From Macrostomum hystrix (lineage: Eukaryota > Animalia > Platyhelminthes), in the NCBI GenBank assembly GCA_950097015.1, contig CATNEN010000001.1, positions 2,046,001 through 2,110,000 of the forward strand: a DNA stretch of 64,000 nucleotides, given 5' to 3'. This document shows positions 37,709 to 50,800 of this stretch, in pieces; within the stretch, counting starts at the first letter, position 1, and each line of letters starts with the position of its first letter. The notes beneath the pieces are model-generated. The model was not told the origin of the DNA, made no database searches, and was given only the letters and a program-made list of their open reading frames with translations. The position numbers and the translations under genes were made by a program.

Positions 37709-39803
37709 TCAGCATGCAGACGGCAGCAGTTGCAGCACAACTCGTCCATGCTGACTGTCGCTGTTGCCACCAGTGACGGCAGTACAGTCGACGCCGTTAC
37801 AGAAGGAGCCGCCTCCGCCGCCAGCGTGATTCTGTCCAATTCCAGCGCCGCCGCCGCTGTATCCTCCGCCGGCACCTGCGGCTCCCCTGGCGCCACCGCT
37901 ACCGCCGCTGCCACCGCCACCACCAAAGCCGCCAACTCCGGTGTTGCCACTTCCAGCGATGCCACCCGTCCAGCTTTGATTTGGGCCTCCACCTCGATCA
38001 CCGTCGTTGGCACTGCGCCTCGAGTTCACGGCCTGACCCAGCCAGCCAGCACCGCAGCCTCCGTGATTGCTGCTCGGGGGTGTGTCGCTTGGTTTGTTAA
38101 ATCCCGGACTACCATTCGTCCCACCAAAGCCAGCATTAGAGTTGCTTCCTGTCGAATCCGATCCGTTCACACTCGACTGGCCGGGAAAGCCTAGGAAATC
38201 AGGTCAGTGAACGGTTTGCAAATTCAAATAGGCATTGGCCAGTAGCTAAAAGCAGTGGTGCCAATGTTACACAGGTGCCTGGTTATGGGTATTCTGTTCG
38301 ATTGTAGCTGACATGTGAACCTCGGCAGCAGACTGGAAATGTTTCAGTCAAACTAGTTACTACTCCTGATTATGGTAACATTTGCAGGAGGTATTTTATC
38401 ACAGGCATATCATTTGGGGACAGTCGACCCTCCACAGACTTCATGCAAAACGCGCTACCGAAAAAAACTCCTTAAAGAAATAAACTTTGCCTGAAATCTA
38501 CGCTCGTTAAACAGCGTAGGGAGCAATGTAATTCATATTTTAATGTAAATGGTACAGTGAGTACTGCCACAGGTGAATTCGCTTTCTTAGTTGTTGCGTT
38601 TTTCTGGGGCTTGAGTGGCTGAACGGTCTAACCCGTTTGTCTCTTGCGTCAAGGTCCCTGAGCTTGATTCCGCAGCCTTGCGCATTTGAGGGCAAACCTC
38701 CAACCCACAGTGAAAGTGAACACTGCCTGACAATTAGAAAGTCAGGGCAGATGTACACACCTACCTGTGTGAGCGTGCGCCTGCGTACAGTCTTTGTTTG
38801 TTTGTACTCAGGAGTCAGCGGAATGATCATTGCAGAGTTACTTTCAGCATTTTAAACTAAATCAAGTGCTTTCTCTACCAAGAAGTATTCTGAAGAGCAT
38901 CACTAACAGCCTCACCTGGCTGAGAAACTGATGCCCCTCCACCGCCACCAGCGGCTAGAAGCGGGCGGGTCGCACCGCTAACGAACACCAAGCTACCACC
39001 GCCTCCACCGGCGCCGCAGTCGCTGTTTACGGCCGGTCCGCCAGCCTGACCGACGAGAATCGACAGCAGGACGCCGGCAGTCAGGTTGAAACGGCCCGAC
39101 ATGAAGGCTCCGCTGCCGCCAGCTGTGCTTGCAAAGCTGTTGGGGCCGCCCGCAGCTCCCCAGGCGTCGATGCGGTAGCAGCCGGTCAGGTTGATTGACA
39201 GCTGCTGAATGAAGCCCAGCCTTCCTGTGCCCGAGTCTACGATTCATTGTTAATCGCTCGAAAAATGATTTCCTTTTCTATCTACAGAAATGCACTCCAA
39301 CAAATAGAACGGTATACCTACTTGAAAATTCTCTTGTTATGTTGAGTCTCCTTGTCTCGATGACACTCTCGATGTCGACTGCCTTCCAAACGACGGCATC
39401 GGACTCGGAGCCCAGCGACCTCCACACGTGACTCCCTGGCGGTCCGGCTGTCTGCGAGGCGTCCTTGATGAACAGCTGGTGGCACACGAGGCTGCTCTGC
39501 AGAAGGCTCACTGCGACGCAGCCCCTCATGCGGCATCGGAGCAGGCAGTCTTGGACCGAGGCCGAGCTGGCCTCGCTGATCACGTCACTGCTGACGGTCG
39601 GGTCGATCGTGAGAGGGCCGGAGGAGCGGACGAAGCGACCGCAGCTGGCCTCCGCATTCGTCAGCAAGACTGTGTAGGTATTGGAATAATTTTGCTTTTA
39701 AGTACTTTGCAAGCAGTTTGCATGACAACCAAAAGTGCATCGCTGTCTAGGTGAACTCACCGGCGCGAAGCACACAAGCGAGAAGCGGAATCAGTTGTCG
39801 CAT
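37709..39803 (-). CDS. PAN + ALK-like Gly-rich protein, intact, 397 aa (exons 39803-39761, 39669-39322, 39236-38916, 38190-37709): B-type PAN with A-type ('LPSAC') exon 4
   Basis: MRQLIPLLACVLRA-VLLTNAEASCGRFVRSSG..QDCLLRCRMRGCVAVSLLQSSLVCHQL..; canonical splice sites; exon sizes 43/348/321/482. Confidence 0.87.
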
Positions 39804-40239
39804 ATCCCAATAATTTTGATCTGAAGGAGCTTGAAATCTATTGTGAAGAGTCTGCTTGTCGTTCTTCTGGGTGGATTTTGGCGGGTCCCGGAGTGCCAAC
39901 AGTTTTATGAGTCCACCCGTCTGCCTATTGGCCATTCCCATGTGCATTGTTTCTGCCTGCTGCTAGTTTTTAAAGCTTCATTCTTCCTTAGCGCTTTTAG
40001 AGACTGGCATGCGAGCTTATAGCCTCTGGGTGGGTATTAACAAAACTCCTAGGCTCATAGTCTGGTAGTTTGGGATCTGGCTTTGGCTCAGAATGCCGCT
40101 ATGGATTTTAGAACGGATAAGTTAGCAAATACCAATGAATATGATTCTAGTTTACCTGTTATGGTAATGAGACGAACCTTATTAATAATGGTAACAACTT
40201 TAGCAAATTAGCACTATTATTATACTGTGTAGAAAACTA

Positions 40240-40571
40240 GGCTGTAGCCTAGTGGTTAGGGCATCGTACTCACGACTTGAAGGTCGGGGGGTTCGATTCC
40301 CGACTGCACTGAGTGAAGGGAAAATACAATTTGTGTCCTTTAGCAAGACCCTTAACTCTGCATTGCTTCAATTCACCCAGCTGTTAAATGGGTACCAGCA
40401 TCAGCTGGGATAATTGAACGTGAAGTATGGCGTCCCCCCAGTCCATGGACTGAACAGCTGTACGCAGCCTTCAGATGCGCCGCGCAATAGCTGCGGCTGT
40501 GCTGTCGGCTGCACATCTGGCCTAATTTAGGCAGGTATAATCAATTATTATTATTATTATTATTATATTAT
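40240..40571 (+). mobile_element. tRNA-derived SINE (MetaSINE-like core)
   Basis: A box (tagcctagtgg) and B box (ggttcgattcc); core tgtgtcctttagcaagac..cacccagctgttaaatgggtacc; (ATT)n tail; 7-bp TSD aaaacta. Confidence 0.8.
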
Positions 40572-41489
40572 AAAACTAACTGAAAAAGTTTTTATGATAA
40601 CCAACAATATTTGCCATATACTTTTTAAGCTTTATCCAATTAAAACTATTATAGACCAGGTCAAAAAAATTCATCAGAAAAACACATTGTAGATTGTTCG
40701 CCTGAGGGCAGTGGCAAAAATGCAATTTAATATTTTTTGCCTGGGAAGCGGAGCCTGTCAGCAGTTTAAGAGAGGCCTTGAGGGATGAGGTGCACAGCTT
40801 CACATGCCAAATTATTGATTTGCTGGCTTTGGATAGAACAAGCCTGTATAACTTTAAACGCATTTTTAGCGACGACAAAATTCATGTGCTCGTATGCCAT
40901 CGCGAAAAATAGATATGAATAATTGACAATGGCTGTTCTTTCATAACTTAGGTATGAATACAATGTTTAAAATGACATATTTCAAGCTAAACACGCTACT
41001 GACATGCTTACTTGCAGTAGTAAAGGTGATTAACTCATATTCGAGCTTGAGTAATCTCGTAAGATTTTAGTGGGCCCAGATGTCTCATTAGTAGTCAGGG
41101 TTGCCATGCACAGGTATACCTAGGCCAAGGCCAGTTTCCATTGGAGCATTTTTAATTGGTCACAAATAACGCTGAAATAAACGAGCAGACACATGCATAA
41201 AGAGTCTCTACAAACGAGCTTAGACTATTGTTTAATTTTAGTTCTACAAGTATTTATTTAGTAAACGATAATGCAATGATTATGCATCGCAGCCTTATCT
41301 GCATCTTCCTTCTGGGTAAGCATTAGTACATATCAATTCAGCGATCAGCGATGATAAGATCGATGTAAAATGCCTACCATGCCTATCATGCCTGAAAATC
41401 TTGACTTTTAAGACGCTTATATGTTTTTTACACATCGGGTAACCGTTTGCTAAAAAGAAGACACAACATGTTTCGTCAACGTGAAGATT

Positions 41490-43645
41490 TCTATCTCACC
41501 GAGAATGAGCCCACACCGAAGTTCCGCGGCTACACAGTCCATCGCCCCGACCGGGTCGTCCACCGGGAGGGTGGCGGTCACCATGGCGGCCTTCTCACCC
41601 TGGTCAGGCAAGGCCTGTCCCATGAAGAGGTGGAGGCGGGTCTGCGGACCCCCGGCAATGCGGCCCTGGAGCAGCTGACCATATCCGCCTGTTCGGGGAC
41701 AAGTCCAAGCCGCTGCACCTCGCCAACCTCTACCGCCCACCTGTCCGGCACTTCGCCGCGGACGACTGCGACAGGGCCCTGCACACCGACGGCTGGCCCA
41801 CCGATGTGCACTGGCTGCTGATGGGCGACCTCAACGCTCACGGTAGCTGTGACCCGAATGCTGATCCGGACCCCCTGGAAGCAAGCTCGACGACTGGCTG
41901 AGCGACCACGGCTGGATGGCGCTTAACGACGGCAGTGCCATTCGAGTGTGCCTGGGGGTGGTGAGTCGGCCCCCGACGTGTCGCTCTGCAGCGCTGTCTG
42001 GTCCAGCCGGATCAGCTGGCGCGTGGGGGACGCCATGGAGTCGGACCGCCTACCTCTGCTATTGACTATCGCCTTCAGCCAAACCCAAGGGCGCCGCCGC
42101 CCCGCTGGCTTCAACCTGCGGTGGGCGGACTAGCCAACCTACGCGACGCGGGCGGGTGAACGTTTCCAGGCTGGTCGGCGGACGACTTTCGATCCGTGGA
42201 GGACGCCAATGCAGACTTCTGCCGCCGGATTCTGGACGCGGCGAGCTGCATCCCCAAGGGCAGAGTCAAGAAGGCCAAGAGCTGGTGGGACGAGCGGTGC
42301 AGACGGGCCATGGTGCCACTCGCGGCGCCATAGCGACAGCCAGAGCCGCGCCAGGTGACTTGGAAGCCGCGGCGAGATACCGCGCTGCCCGCGACCAAGC
42401 CGACCGGATGTACCAGCAGGCGAAGACCGAGTCCTGGCAGGGATTCGTTGCGCAGCTGTCGGCCAGGTCCCCTGATAACGAGGTCTAGAACACCATCCGG
42501 GCCCTCGACGGCCGAGCGCATGAGCCGCTCCCTGACACCCCGCGAGAGGGGGCGGGACCCGCGGGTGCTGGAGAGAGACGGCGCTTGCGGCCCTGGAGGA
42601 GGCGGGATGCCGCGCTCGGAACATCGAGGGTGCGTTACGCTCTCCTGCCTGCACCGGCCGTGGACCCCTCATCACGCGGTCCGCTTCGTAGCGGCGAATG
42701 CTGGCCGTGAGGAGCCCCCGGATGTCCGACGCGCGAGGGCCCTAGAACTCTTGGACTCCCTTCGCCGGAGCGACCCGCCGTACCTCCAAGTCTGGACAGA
42801 CGGAGGAAGGCTTCAGAAACGGCGGAGGGGGGTACATCATCCAGCGACAGGCAATCGGCCCCGACGTTAAGGGCAGCATCCCGACAGGACAATGGACCAG
42901 CTCGACAACAAGCGGCCGCGGCGGCGGCGGGGCTCGAGGCAGCCCTCGGCCTCCTTCGGGGGGAAGCCGAGCTCGGCGATCTAGCTGCTGTTCGACTCAC
43001 GAGCCTTGTTCCAGCGGCTGCAGTCCTCGATCAAGTGCCTGCAAGACCACGCCACGCCGCGATCCTGCTTCAGCAGCTGGCCAGCGAGCACATGCCCACG
43101 GTCATCTGGATCCCAGAGCACGCCGGCATTGTGCTGAACGAGGCTGCCGATGAGCTGGCCCGGAGAGGGTCCGCCATGCAGCAAGACCCCCAGCCAGTTC
43201 CCGTGGCGGCCGCCAGGGCCGCCCTCCGTCGCCAGGGACGGGCTGCCGAATTGGCGGAGTACAACCAGCTGGTTCCGGCAGACCACCCCCACAGGCTCTG
43301 CGGCGGAGCGCAGCTCATCCACCGGCCAGGCCGGCCGCGGGCGGCCGAGGTGGCGCTGTACCAGCTTCGCGCGAACCGTGCGCCCTTCCTGCAGGCCACC
43401 TGGCATCGCTGGGGCCGCGCCCCAACCGCAGCCTGCCCGCACTGCAATACCTCCGAAGAGGACACCCGGCATTTTCTACTCGACTGCCCCATGTGGGCGG
43501 AGGAGCACTGGCTTCACCTCCCGGGGGCCATCAACGGCTCTATGTCCCCGCTGCAGGACGACCCAGAAGGGTTGCGGACCTTCGTCGAGGCGTCGGGCGC
43601 GCTGGCGCGATGCCTAGCGAGGGATCCGAACCAACACACACACAC
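41490..43645 (+). mobile_element. Degenerate, internally deleted non-LTR retrotransposon (APE remnant + RNaseH + CCHC, RT missing)
   Basis: Motifs GYTVHRPDR..GGLLTLV, MGDLNAH, SAPDVSL, SDRLP; QVWTDG; WIPEHAGIVLNEAADELA; CPHC..EDTRHFLLDCP; (CA)n tail. Confidence 0.75.
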
Positions 43646-43783
43646 ACGAGTCCAACGGGACGCAGGGGTCGAATGCGAGTCACGTGACCAGAACGGTCGG
43701 CATCGAGCCCGGAGCCAAGGTGTGGAAGCTGTGGAACTTCCAGGAAGTGCTGCTGAGCCGAGCAATCGCCTTGACACACAGAA
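43646..43783 (+). pseudogene. Orphan 3' half of an A-type PAN exon
   Basis: ESNGT..SHVTRTVGIEPGAKVWKLWNFQEVLLSR followed by a gtaagt donor; abuts the LINE tail. Confidence 0.75.
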
Positions 43784-46272
43784 GTAAGTGATATATTATT
43801 TTCAAAGTGGATTACAAGTGCATTCGTTTAGGTAAAATTTATCTTGAACACAGAGATGGAACAAAGGAAAATATCCCTAACCAAAATATTTTGCGGCGAT
43901 TTCAAAGGCTGCGTATAAATGCTCAGTCCATGGACATGGACCGAGGTGAATAATGATATTCTCAGGCGGGCTGTAGGCCCTGGAACATTACGCACACATA
44001 TACCGTTCGCAGGAACGCACCCACACGACTGTGCATATCTGTCTTAACTTCTCATCTTCTCATGAGACTTCTCATCTAACTCACACGCTCATCTAACTGG
44101 CGTGTGATGTCAATGACGAAAATTTGGTGACACTGCGAAGAGCCAATCCGCCAAATTCAAATCGAAGAGAAAACATTATATCTCAAAATAAAGACTTAAA
44201 GATAAGCAATTCAACAGGAAAACATCTGCTCATGCAGAAAGGCTAAGAAGATATACACTATCAGACCGTCTTTAAAAACGCAATGAAATTGTCACAGTTC
44301 GAGAATTATCAACTGCTGTCATTTTCAAACAGAAGCCAAGTTTAATTTTGTCAATCTAGAAGGCAGATCGCATCAGCCACATCAGCAGAAGTAGGACAAC
44401 AGCCGCAGTGTCACTCGGCCCTGCTGAGCGGCTCCGTTGCCACCAGTGACGCCGACGCAGTCGAGGCCGTCGCATCACGAGCCGCCTCCTCCACCGGCGT
44501 GATGGATTCCGACACCGGCACCGCCTCCGCTGAAGCCGCCGCCTGCTCCCGCAGCTCCGGTTTTCCCGTTGTCGATTCCGCCAGCTCCGCCGCCGCCTCC
44601 GAAGCCGCCATTGCCAGTGTTGCTATTGCCGGCTAGTCCACCCGTCCAGTTTTCAGCGAAGCTTCCGCCTCGATCACTATCAGAGGCGCTTCGACGAGAA
44701 TTGAGCGGCCTGCCGAGCCAGCCGGCACCGCAGCCTCCGATGTTGCAAGTCGACTGGGCGTTCGTCGGATCATTGTAGCCAGGATCACCGTTGGCTCCAC
44801 CGAATCCCTTGTTGCCACTGCCGCCACGGGAGTCTGATCCGTTCACTCCCGCCTGTCCCGTATCACCTTGGGTATTTTTTTATGGAATTTCAGTTGCAAA
44901 CTCGCGAAATGAATGTAAAATTGCGTGTTCAGCCTCGTTTGATGGCATTGTGAACCAGCCTTGTGGATAGATTACTGTTTTGGTAAAGCTTTAAACTGCA
45001 GACAGACCATAGGGTATTTCAAATACCCTTAGTTATATTTTTTTTCTATATTTCCCAAAATATTTAACCAATCGCTGTGAAAATCCCGAACACGGGCTAA
45101 AAATTTATGCTCTATCTTACGAAACAACTTCCAAAACATCGGCACCGTCGAGATATTCAACGATTCTTGTCGGGGTGTCTGGTGTACAAAAACTTTCTGC
45201 TCACAAAATTTCATCACGGAACCATGTCGGCTATTATTCTTGACTAAATTGTCTTGATTATATTCTTAATTTTTTTATTTTTAACTAATTTGGATTCACC
45301 ATAGTGGTTCACACAGAGCAATTGACACCAGTCGTCCATGGCACCAGGGTCTCCGACGATGCTGACTCGGACGGCTTTGAAAGTAAGTAATGGGCGGAAA
45401 CTTTTGATCCTCGTGGTGGAATTTCACGAAAATCTGTATTTTGGATAGTGAGCTATCGTGAATTAGGCAGGGGAAATTTTGATACGCCGTGGTCTCTCTA
45501 TTATTGCTCGCACCGGCGGGACACAGTGCCTGTGAGGTATGAGTCAGTCCAGGCCCACGGGCTATGGTCTGCGATGCCTCACACCTGCAGCCGTTTTTTG
45601 AGCAGGCTTGGCAGGAAGGAGACCTGTGCCTTCGGGTGCAGGAATCCCTCCACGCTGTACCGTCAGCTGACCCATGGGTACACGTCCCGCGAGTGTTCAA
45701 GGCTGACCCTAGGGCAGCCGGACAGAATGGGCAACAGCGCTGGATGACCCATCCAGGGCCTCCGGCCAAACTGGGTACCTCTAGCCCCGGCTGGAGGGAA
45801 AGGTGTCACCCTCTGACCTTAACAGGGTATGCGGCCAGTCCGCAGTTTTCGTGCACCTGTGCGTGACCAGGTACCTCTGGCTACGGCTCTGAGGGAAAGG
45901 TGTCACCCTTTGACCTTAACAGGGTATGCGGCCAGTCCGCAGCTTCGTGCACCTGTGCGTGATCAGGTACCTCTGGCTACGGCTCTGAGGAAAGGGTGTC
46001 ACCCTTCGACCTTAACAGGGTATGCGGCCAGTCCGCAGGCCTCGGCGCTGGCTCAATGGCGCCCTCCAATGTCCCAGTGTTGACCGTGCTGATGGACGCT
46101 TGGCCAGGGAGTAGTCTGGTCTCCTACGGTTCCTCCCGGTGGTCCTGGCATCCCACCCCGGGTTGTAACTTGTCTTTTTTGGCTGCCCCCGCTCAGCTTT
46201 GGGATCGCGGCTGAGTGGGTTATCTCTGCCTGTGTCTACAGGAAGCCCCCTCTTTTTTCATTGCAGCTGCAA

Positions 46273-47817
46273 ATGGCTTCCAGCCAATCTTCAACCACGG
46301 CCGAGGACACCACGGTGCCCAAGGTCACAAACGCTGCGGCGCCCGGGCCTGCCCCTGCGACCGCCACAAATGCCGCGCTGCCCATCTCGCACGGCGATCG
46401 GGGCGCAACGCGCTCCGCGACTTCTGGAGCGGCGAAACGCCGTAGGCGCCTGCTGGCCCAAGGCAAGCCAGCTTCGTCGACCGTGGACCGGGCCCAGGCC
46501 AATGGGGCCGAAGGGGCTCTGCCTAGGGCGGGGGCTAGGGTGGGGGGCCCTGTGCCTCCTGCCCAGGCCCCTGCCCAGGGCGGGGCCCACGACGCCCCGA
46601 GACCAGGGTCGCGGGTCAAGGAGGTCCCAGCGCCCATCCGGCCGGCGGCTCGGCTCGAAGGAGGAGCGGAGGCGGAGGGCCCCGTGCCCACCGCCGACGC
46701 AAATCCCGAGAGTGGGGACGCCGCAGGAAAGGGCCCGGGACCACGGGCCACCTATGCCAACATCGCACGCAGGCAACCTGCCATCGTGGTTACCGGCAAG
46801 GATGGCAAACGGCTGAGCGGCGAGCGGCTCAGCGACATCTGCCGCAGCATAGACGCTATGCTGTGGCAACTACAACTGAAAGGCGAGCCCTTGGCGGTCG
46901 GTGCGAGTGCTACCAGGGACTCGTGTTTTGTTGTCTGGCCCGGAGATGCGGAGTCAGGGCGGCGGCTCCTAGAGCTGTTGCCCACGCAGAGCTGGGCGGC
47001 CGACCTCGCCTTCCTCCGGGAGAACGAGCCACCGCAGACCAAAAGACATCGCATTTTCGTCCCGGCGAAAAGCGTCGTCACTAGCGCTGAGGACCTCCGC
47101 ATGGGCCTCATCGCGATGAACCGGGAGCTTCCGACAGCGGGCCTAATCGTGCACCGCACGATCCTGCGCCCCGACGGCACCGGCTTCACCGCCATTCTGG
47201 GCCTGTCCGACCAATGGACACGCCGTTACCCAGATGGCGCAAACGTCTGCATCGGTCTGTGGAAGACCAAAATCTTCGCCTACGATGCCGACAAAACCCG
47301 GGGTCAGACCGGGCCCACCACTGTGTCGGCCAATGAAGGGTCCTCGGACCCCAAGGCTGGGACTGGGGGCAGGGCCCAGTCGTCCCGCCAAAAAAGGCCA
47401 GAGCGTGCCATCGCTGGCAGCTCTGAGCGTCGCCCCGCGCGTGTCACAAAGCGCCGGGGCCTTCTCCAGCGGGCCTCCGAGGTGGTGCGAACCGCCAAGA
47501 TGGCCCAGCTGCGCGCTGAGATGCGCGGTGGCCCACCGGGGCAGGCGCCGCAACCAAGGGCTACGGGGGAGGCCTCAGAGGTGCCCAGCTCCATCGAGCA
47601 GGGCCCTTCGAGCGCCCCTCCCACGGCCCAGGGAGCGGTGTCGGCTCCAGTTGAGGGCGACTCTGGGCCTGGGCTCGGGGCCGGGGGTGGGGACTGGGCG
47701 GCTGACCCCGTCGAGTTCCCGTCTCCGGCTCGGGGCCTGGGCACGGAGGAGCCCATGGCTACCGACATCGACCCGGAGGAGGAGGACCGCCTTCTGGCTG
47801 GGTCCCCCTCCAAGTAG
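46273..47817 (+). CDS. LINE ORF1 (nucleic-acid-binding/gag-like)
   Basis: About 514-aa ORF directly upstream of ORF2, with a low-complexity N-terminus and a TYANIA motif. Confidence 0.75.
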   Translation: MASSQSSTTAEDTTVPKVTNAAAPGPAPATATNAALPISHGDRGATRSATSGAAKRRRRLLAQGKPASSTVDRAQANGAEGALPRAGARVGGPVPPAQAPAQGGAHDAPRPGSRVKEVPAPIRPAARLEGGAEAEGPVPTADANPESGDAAGKGPGPRATYANIARRQPAIVVTGKDGKRLSGERLSDICRSIDAMLWQLQLKGEPLAVGASATRDSCFVVWPGDAESGRRLLELLPTQSWAADLAFLRENEPPQTKRHRIFVPAKSVVTSAEDLRMGLIAMNRELPTAGLIVHRTILRPDGTGFTAILGLSDQWTRRYPDGANVCIGLWKTKIFAYDADKTRGQTGPTTVSANEGSSDPKAGTGGRAQSSRQKRPERAIAGSSERRPARVTKRRGLLQRASEVVRTAKMAQLRAEMRGGPPGQAPQPRATGEASEVPSSIEQGPSSAPPTAQGAVSAPVEGDSGPGLGAGGGDWAADPVEFPSPARGLGTEEPMATDIDPEEEDRLLAGSPSK

Positions 47818-47829
47818 ACCTCTGCCTAC

Positions 47830-50800
47830 ATGATGATCCCCGGAATTTCATGTCTGCAAGTTAACACCCAGCACTGCGTGGCAGCATCAGTCAATCTGAT
47901 GCGCACGACAGAGCGCATGATGCCGGGCCTTGTACTTGTGCAGGAGCCCTGGTTATCAAAGAACAAGCCAAGCAACATTCCTGCTGGCTATGACTGCTTC
48001 TGCATGGCAGACTCTGTCCGCCCTAGATCACTGATCTATGCCGCAAAAGCCTTAAATGCGTGGATGAGACCCGATCTCTCTAACGGGGACATCTGCGTCA
48101 TCCAATCTGCACACATTGTGCCTAACAAGTTGACCCTCGTGGCATCCGCCTACCTGGCAGGCGACGCCCCCGTGGTCGGCGATACCCTCGTCGCCCTCTG
48201 TGAATTCGCCAGGGCACGAAACTTCGAGCTGCTCCTCGCGGGAGATGCTAACTCGCATCACACCCACTGGGGTAGCTCAAAAATCAATGACCGCGGCGAA
48301 GAGCTCCTGGCCTTCGTCAGCGGCACGCCTCTTAACTTCTGCAATGTGGGCAACACGCCCACTTTCGACAATGGGCGGTGGGCTGAGGTGCTTGACGTCA
48401 CCCTGGCCTCACCCGGCATCCTCCCAAGGGTGCTGGGGTGGGAGGTGTGGGAGACCGAAAGCTCGCTCTCGGACCACCGTTTCATCCGCTTCAACATCGG
48501 CACCCCCGATAAGAAGCAAAAGCCTATTTGGAGGCGTAATGTCAGAAACACCGACTGGCCCGCGTTCAGCCAAAAGCTGCATGAGGGCCTTCGGGATTCT
48601 GACCCCTCCATGGCCATGGAAACCACGCAGGACCTGGATGGAGTGGCTGCCCTGCTGGGCGGCGCCATCACAGAGGCCTACGAAATGGCTTGCCCGCTCA
48701 AAGCCTACAAAGGCAAAAAATCGGCCCCCTGGTGGAACCCCGAGCTCGGAGTCCTAAGACGCCGAGCTAAGGCTCTCCAGAGGAAGCTGAAAACCTCGCA
48801 CGACCCTGATGACAAAGAGGCCTATACTATATAGGCGCCATCCATGAGTTTAAGGGCCGGGTCAGAAGGGCAAAAGCGGACAAGTGGCGACAATACTGCG
48901 AAGGGCTTGAGGGCTCGCGGCCCACGGCCCGCGTGGTAAAGGCGCTCACCAATGACCGCTTCTCCAAGCTATCATCGATCAAAAAGCCGGACGGCTCGAT
49001 CACGGAGCGCCCGGAGGAAACGCTCGAGCTTATGCTAGAGCACTTCTTCCCGAGTGTACCGGCGCACTTCGGCCCAGACGACCACTCGCGTGGAGGTCAG
49101 GGCCTGGCTCAGTCACTCGTTACAAATGACCGCATAGTTCGCGCGGCTAAGTCATTCAATCCTTTTAAAGCACCTGGGCCAGATGGTATATATCCGGCCT
49201 TTCTGCATGAAGCGGTAAAAAATGGCCGCTTCCTCCATCTCCTCTGCAGACTTCTACGGGCCTGCATCGTGTTGGGCTACGTACCAGCGCGGTGGCATGA
49301 AGCCCGGGTCGTCTTCATCCCGAAGCCCGCCAAAGGCGACTATCGCTCGGTCAAGTCTTATCGCCCGATAAGTTTGACTTCCACCTGCCTCAAGCTCATG
49401 GAAAGACTGGTGCTCTGGCGCCTTCTTACTGTAGAGCTAGGGCGGGCCCCGCTCTCACCAAACCAGCACGCCTTTCGGGCGGGCCGGTCCACGGAGAGCG
49501 CCCTCCACTGCATTGTGGAGACTCTCGAGAAGGCAGTGCTGGGCAGCGGTTTTGCCCTGGCTGTTTTCCTTGATATTGAGGGGGCCTTCGATAACGTTAT
49601 TTTCGAAGCCTTTGAGAAGGCCCTGGTTTCCAGGGCCACTCACCCCCACCTCGTCCGCTGGGTCATGTACATGATCCGGAATCGCCACGTGGTGGCCCAC
49701 CTCGAAGGCAGGGTGCTCTCGGCACCTGTCCTAAAAGGAGGGCCCCAAGGCGGCGTCCTCACCCCACTGCTGTGGAATCTCGTCATGGATGAGCTGCTAA
49801 AAAGCACTCGGCCTGACCCAGTCCTGAAGGTGGGATATGCAGACGATGTGACCGCCATCTGCGCGGGCCCCTCGGCGGAAACCACCAGGGACCTCATTCA
49901 GGGCTTTATCAACAGGGCGGTGCGCTGGGCGGACCAATGCGGGCTCCGACTCTCTGAGTCCAAGACCGTTGCGGTTATGTTTACCAGCAGACTGCGCTGG
50001 ACCATTGAGCCTCTGACTCTCTATGGCAAGAATATTGCCATGGAAAAGCAGGTCCGGTGCCTTGGTCTCCTGCTAGACCATAGGCTTAACTGGACCCCGC
50101 ACATCACCACAAAGGCCAAGAGGGCCCTGGCCATTCTGGCGCAAGTCAGGCGAGCCGTGGGCACCACTTGGGGGCTAACCCCCAAAAACCTTTGGTGGAT
50201 TTACACGGCGATCATTAGACCGTCAGTCGCTTACGCTGGCCTCATCTGGGCCAGTGCCATGAGCATCCAGAAAAACCTGGAGGCGCTATATAGGGTGCAG
50301 GGCAGAGCCTGTCGTATGACGCTGGGCGCCCCACCCTCCACTCCCTTTGAAGGCATGAACGCTTTCCTCAACGCTACACCCATTGACATTTTTGTTAAGG
50401 GGGAAGCGGCAAAGTCCACCCGTCGTCTCCTTGATGCGGGTGTATCCTTCCAGAATTCGCGAGCCTTCTCGAAGCGCTCCCTTCTGCCCCACTCTGACCT
50501 CTGCCTGAAAACTCTGGGCGAGTGCGGAGGGCTCAACGTCCTTTCGGACGGGGCCCCGGCTACTTTACTCCGGAGCCACAGGTACAAAGTCAGCATCTTC
50601 CCTCGCAATGAGGTAAAGGACTGCTGGGATGACCCCGCAGTCCATTGTTACACTGACGGCTCCCTGATGAACGGTAAATCGGGATTCGGGGTGTGCGTCG
50701 CCTCGGGTGGCGAGGTCCTCTGGACCCACTCCCAATACTGTGGCAAGAGCTCAAGCGTTTTCCAAAACGAAATGCTCGCCATCAGTTTCTGTGCGGCTGA

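Larger units (their letters stand above)
27630..38400 (-). repeat. Inverted segmental duplication of about 3760-9550, with deletions and later insertions
   Basis: Mirror-image ORFs (27747/8904, 29267/7688, 30732/5730, 37709/3943) and reverse-complement identity. Confidence 0.9.

Noticed and set aside
40240-40315. tRNA gene
   Set aside because: A/B boxes are followed by a SINE core, an (ATT)n tail and a TSD; it is a SINE head.
40575-40965. Possible decayed coding sequence (also 57770-58280)
   Set aside because: Interrupted by stops, with no recognisable motif.
44475-44477. In-frame TGA next to Cys as possible selenocysteine or readthrough
   Set aside because: The position aligns with Tyr/Phe/His/Asn in paralogs, not Cys; no SECIS recognised. 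A simple nonsense change is more likely.
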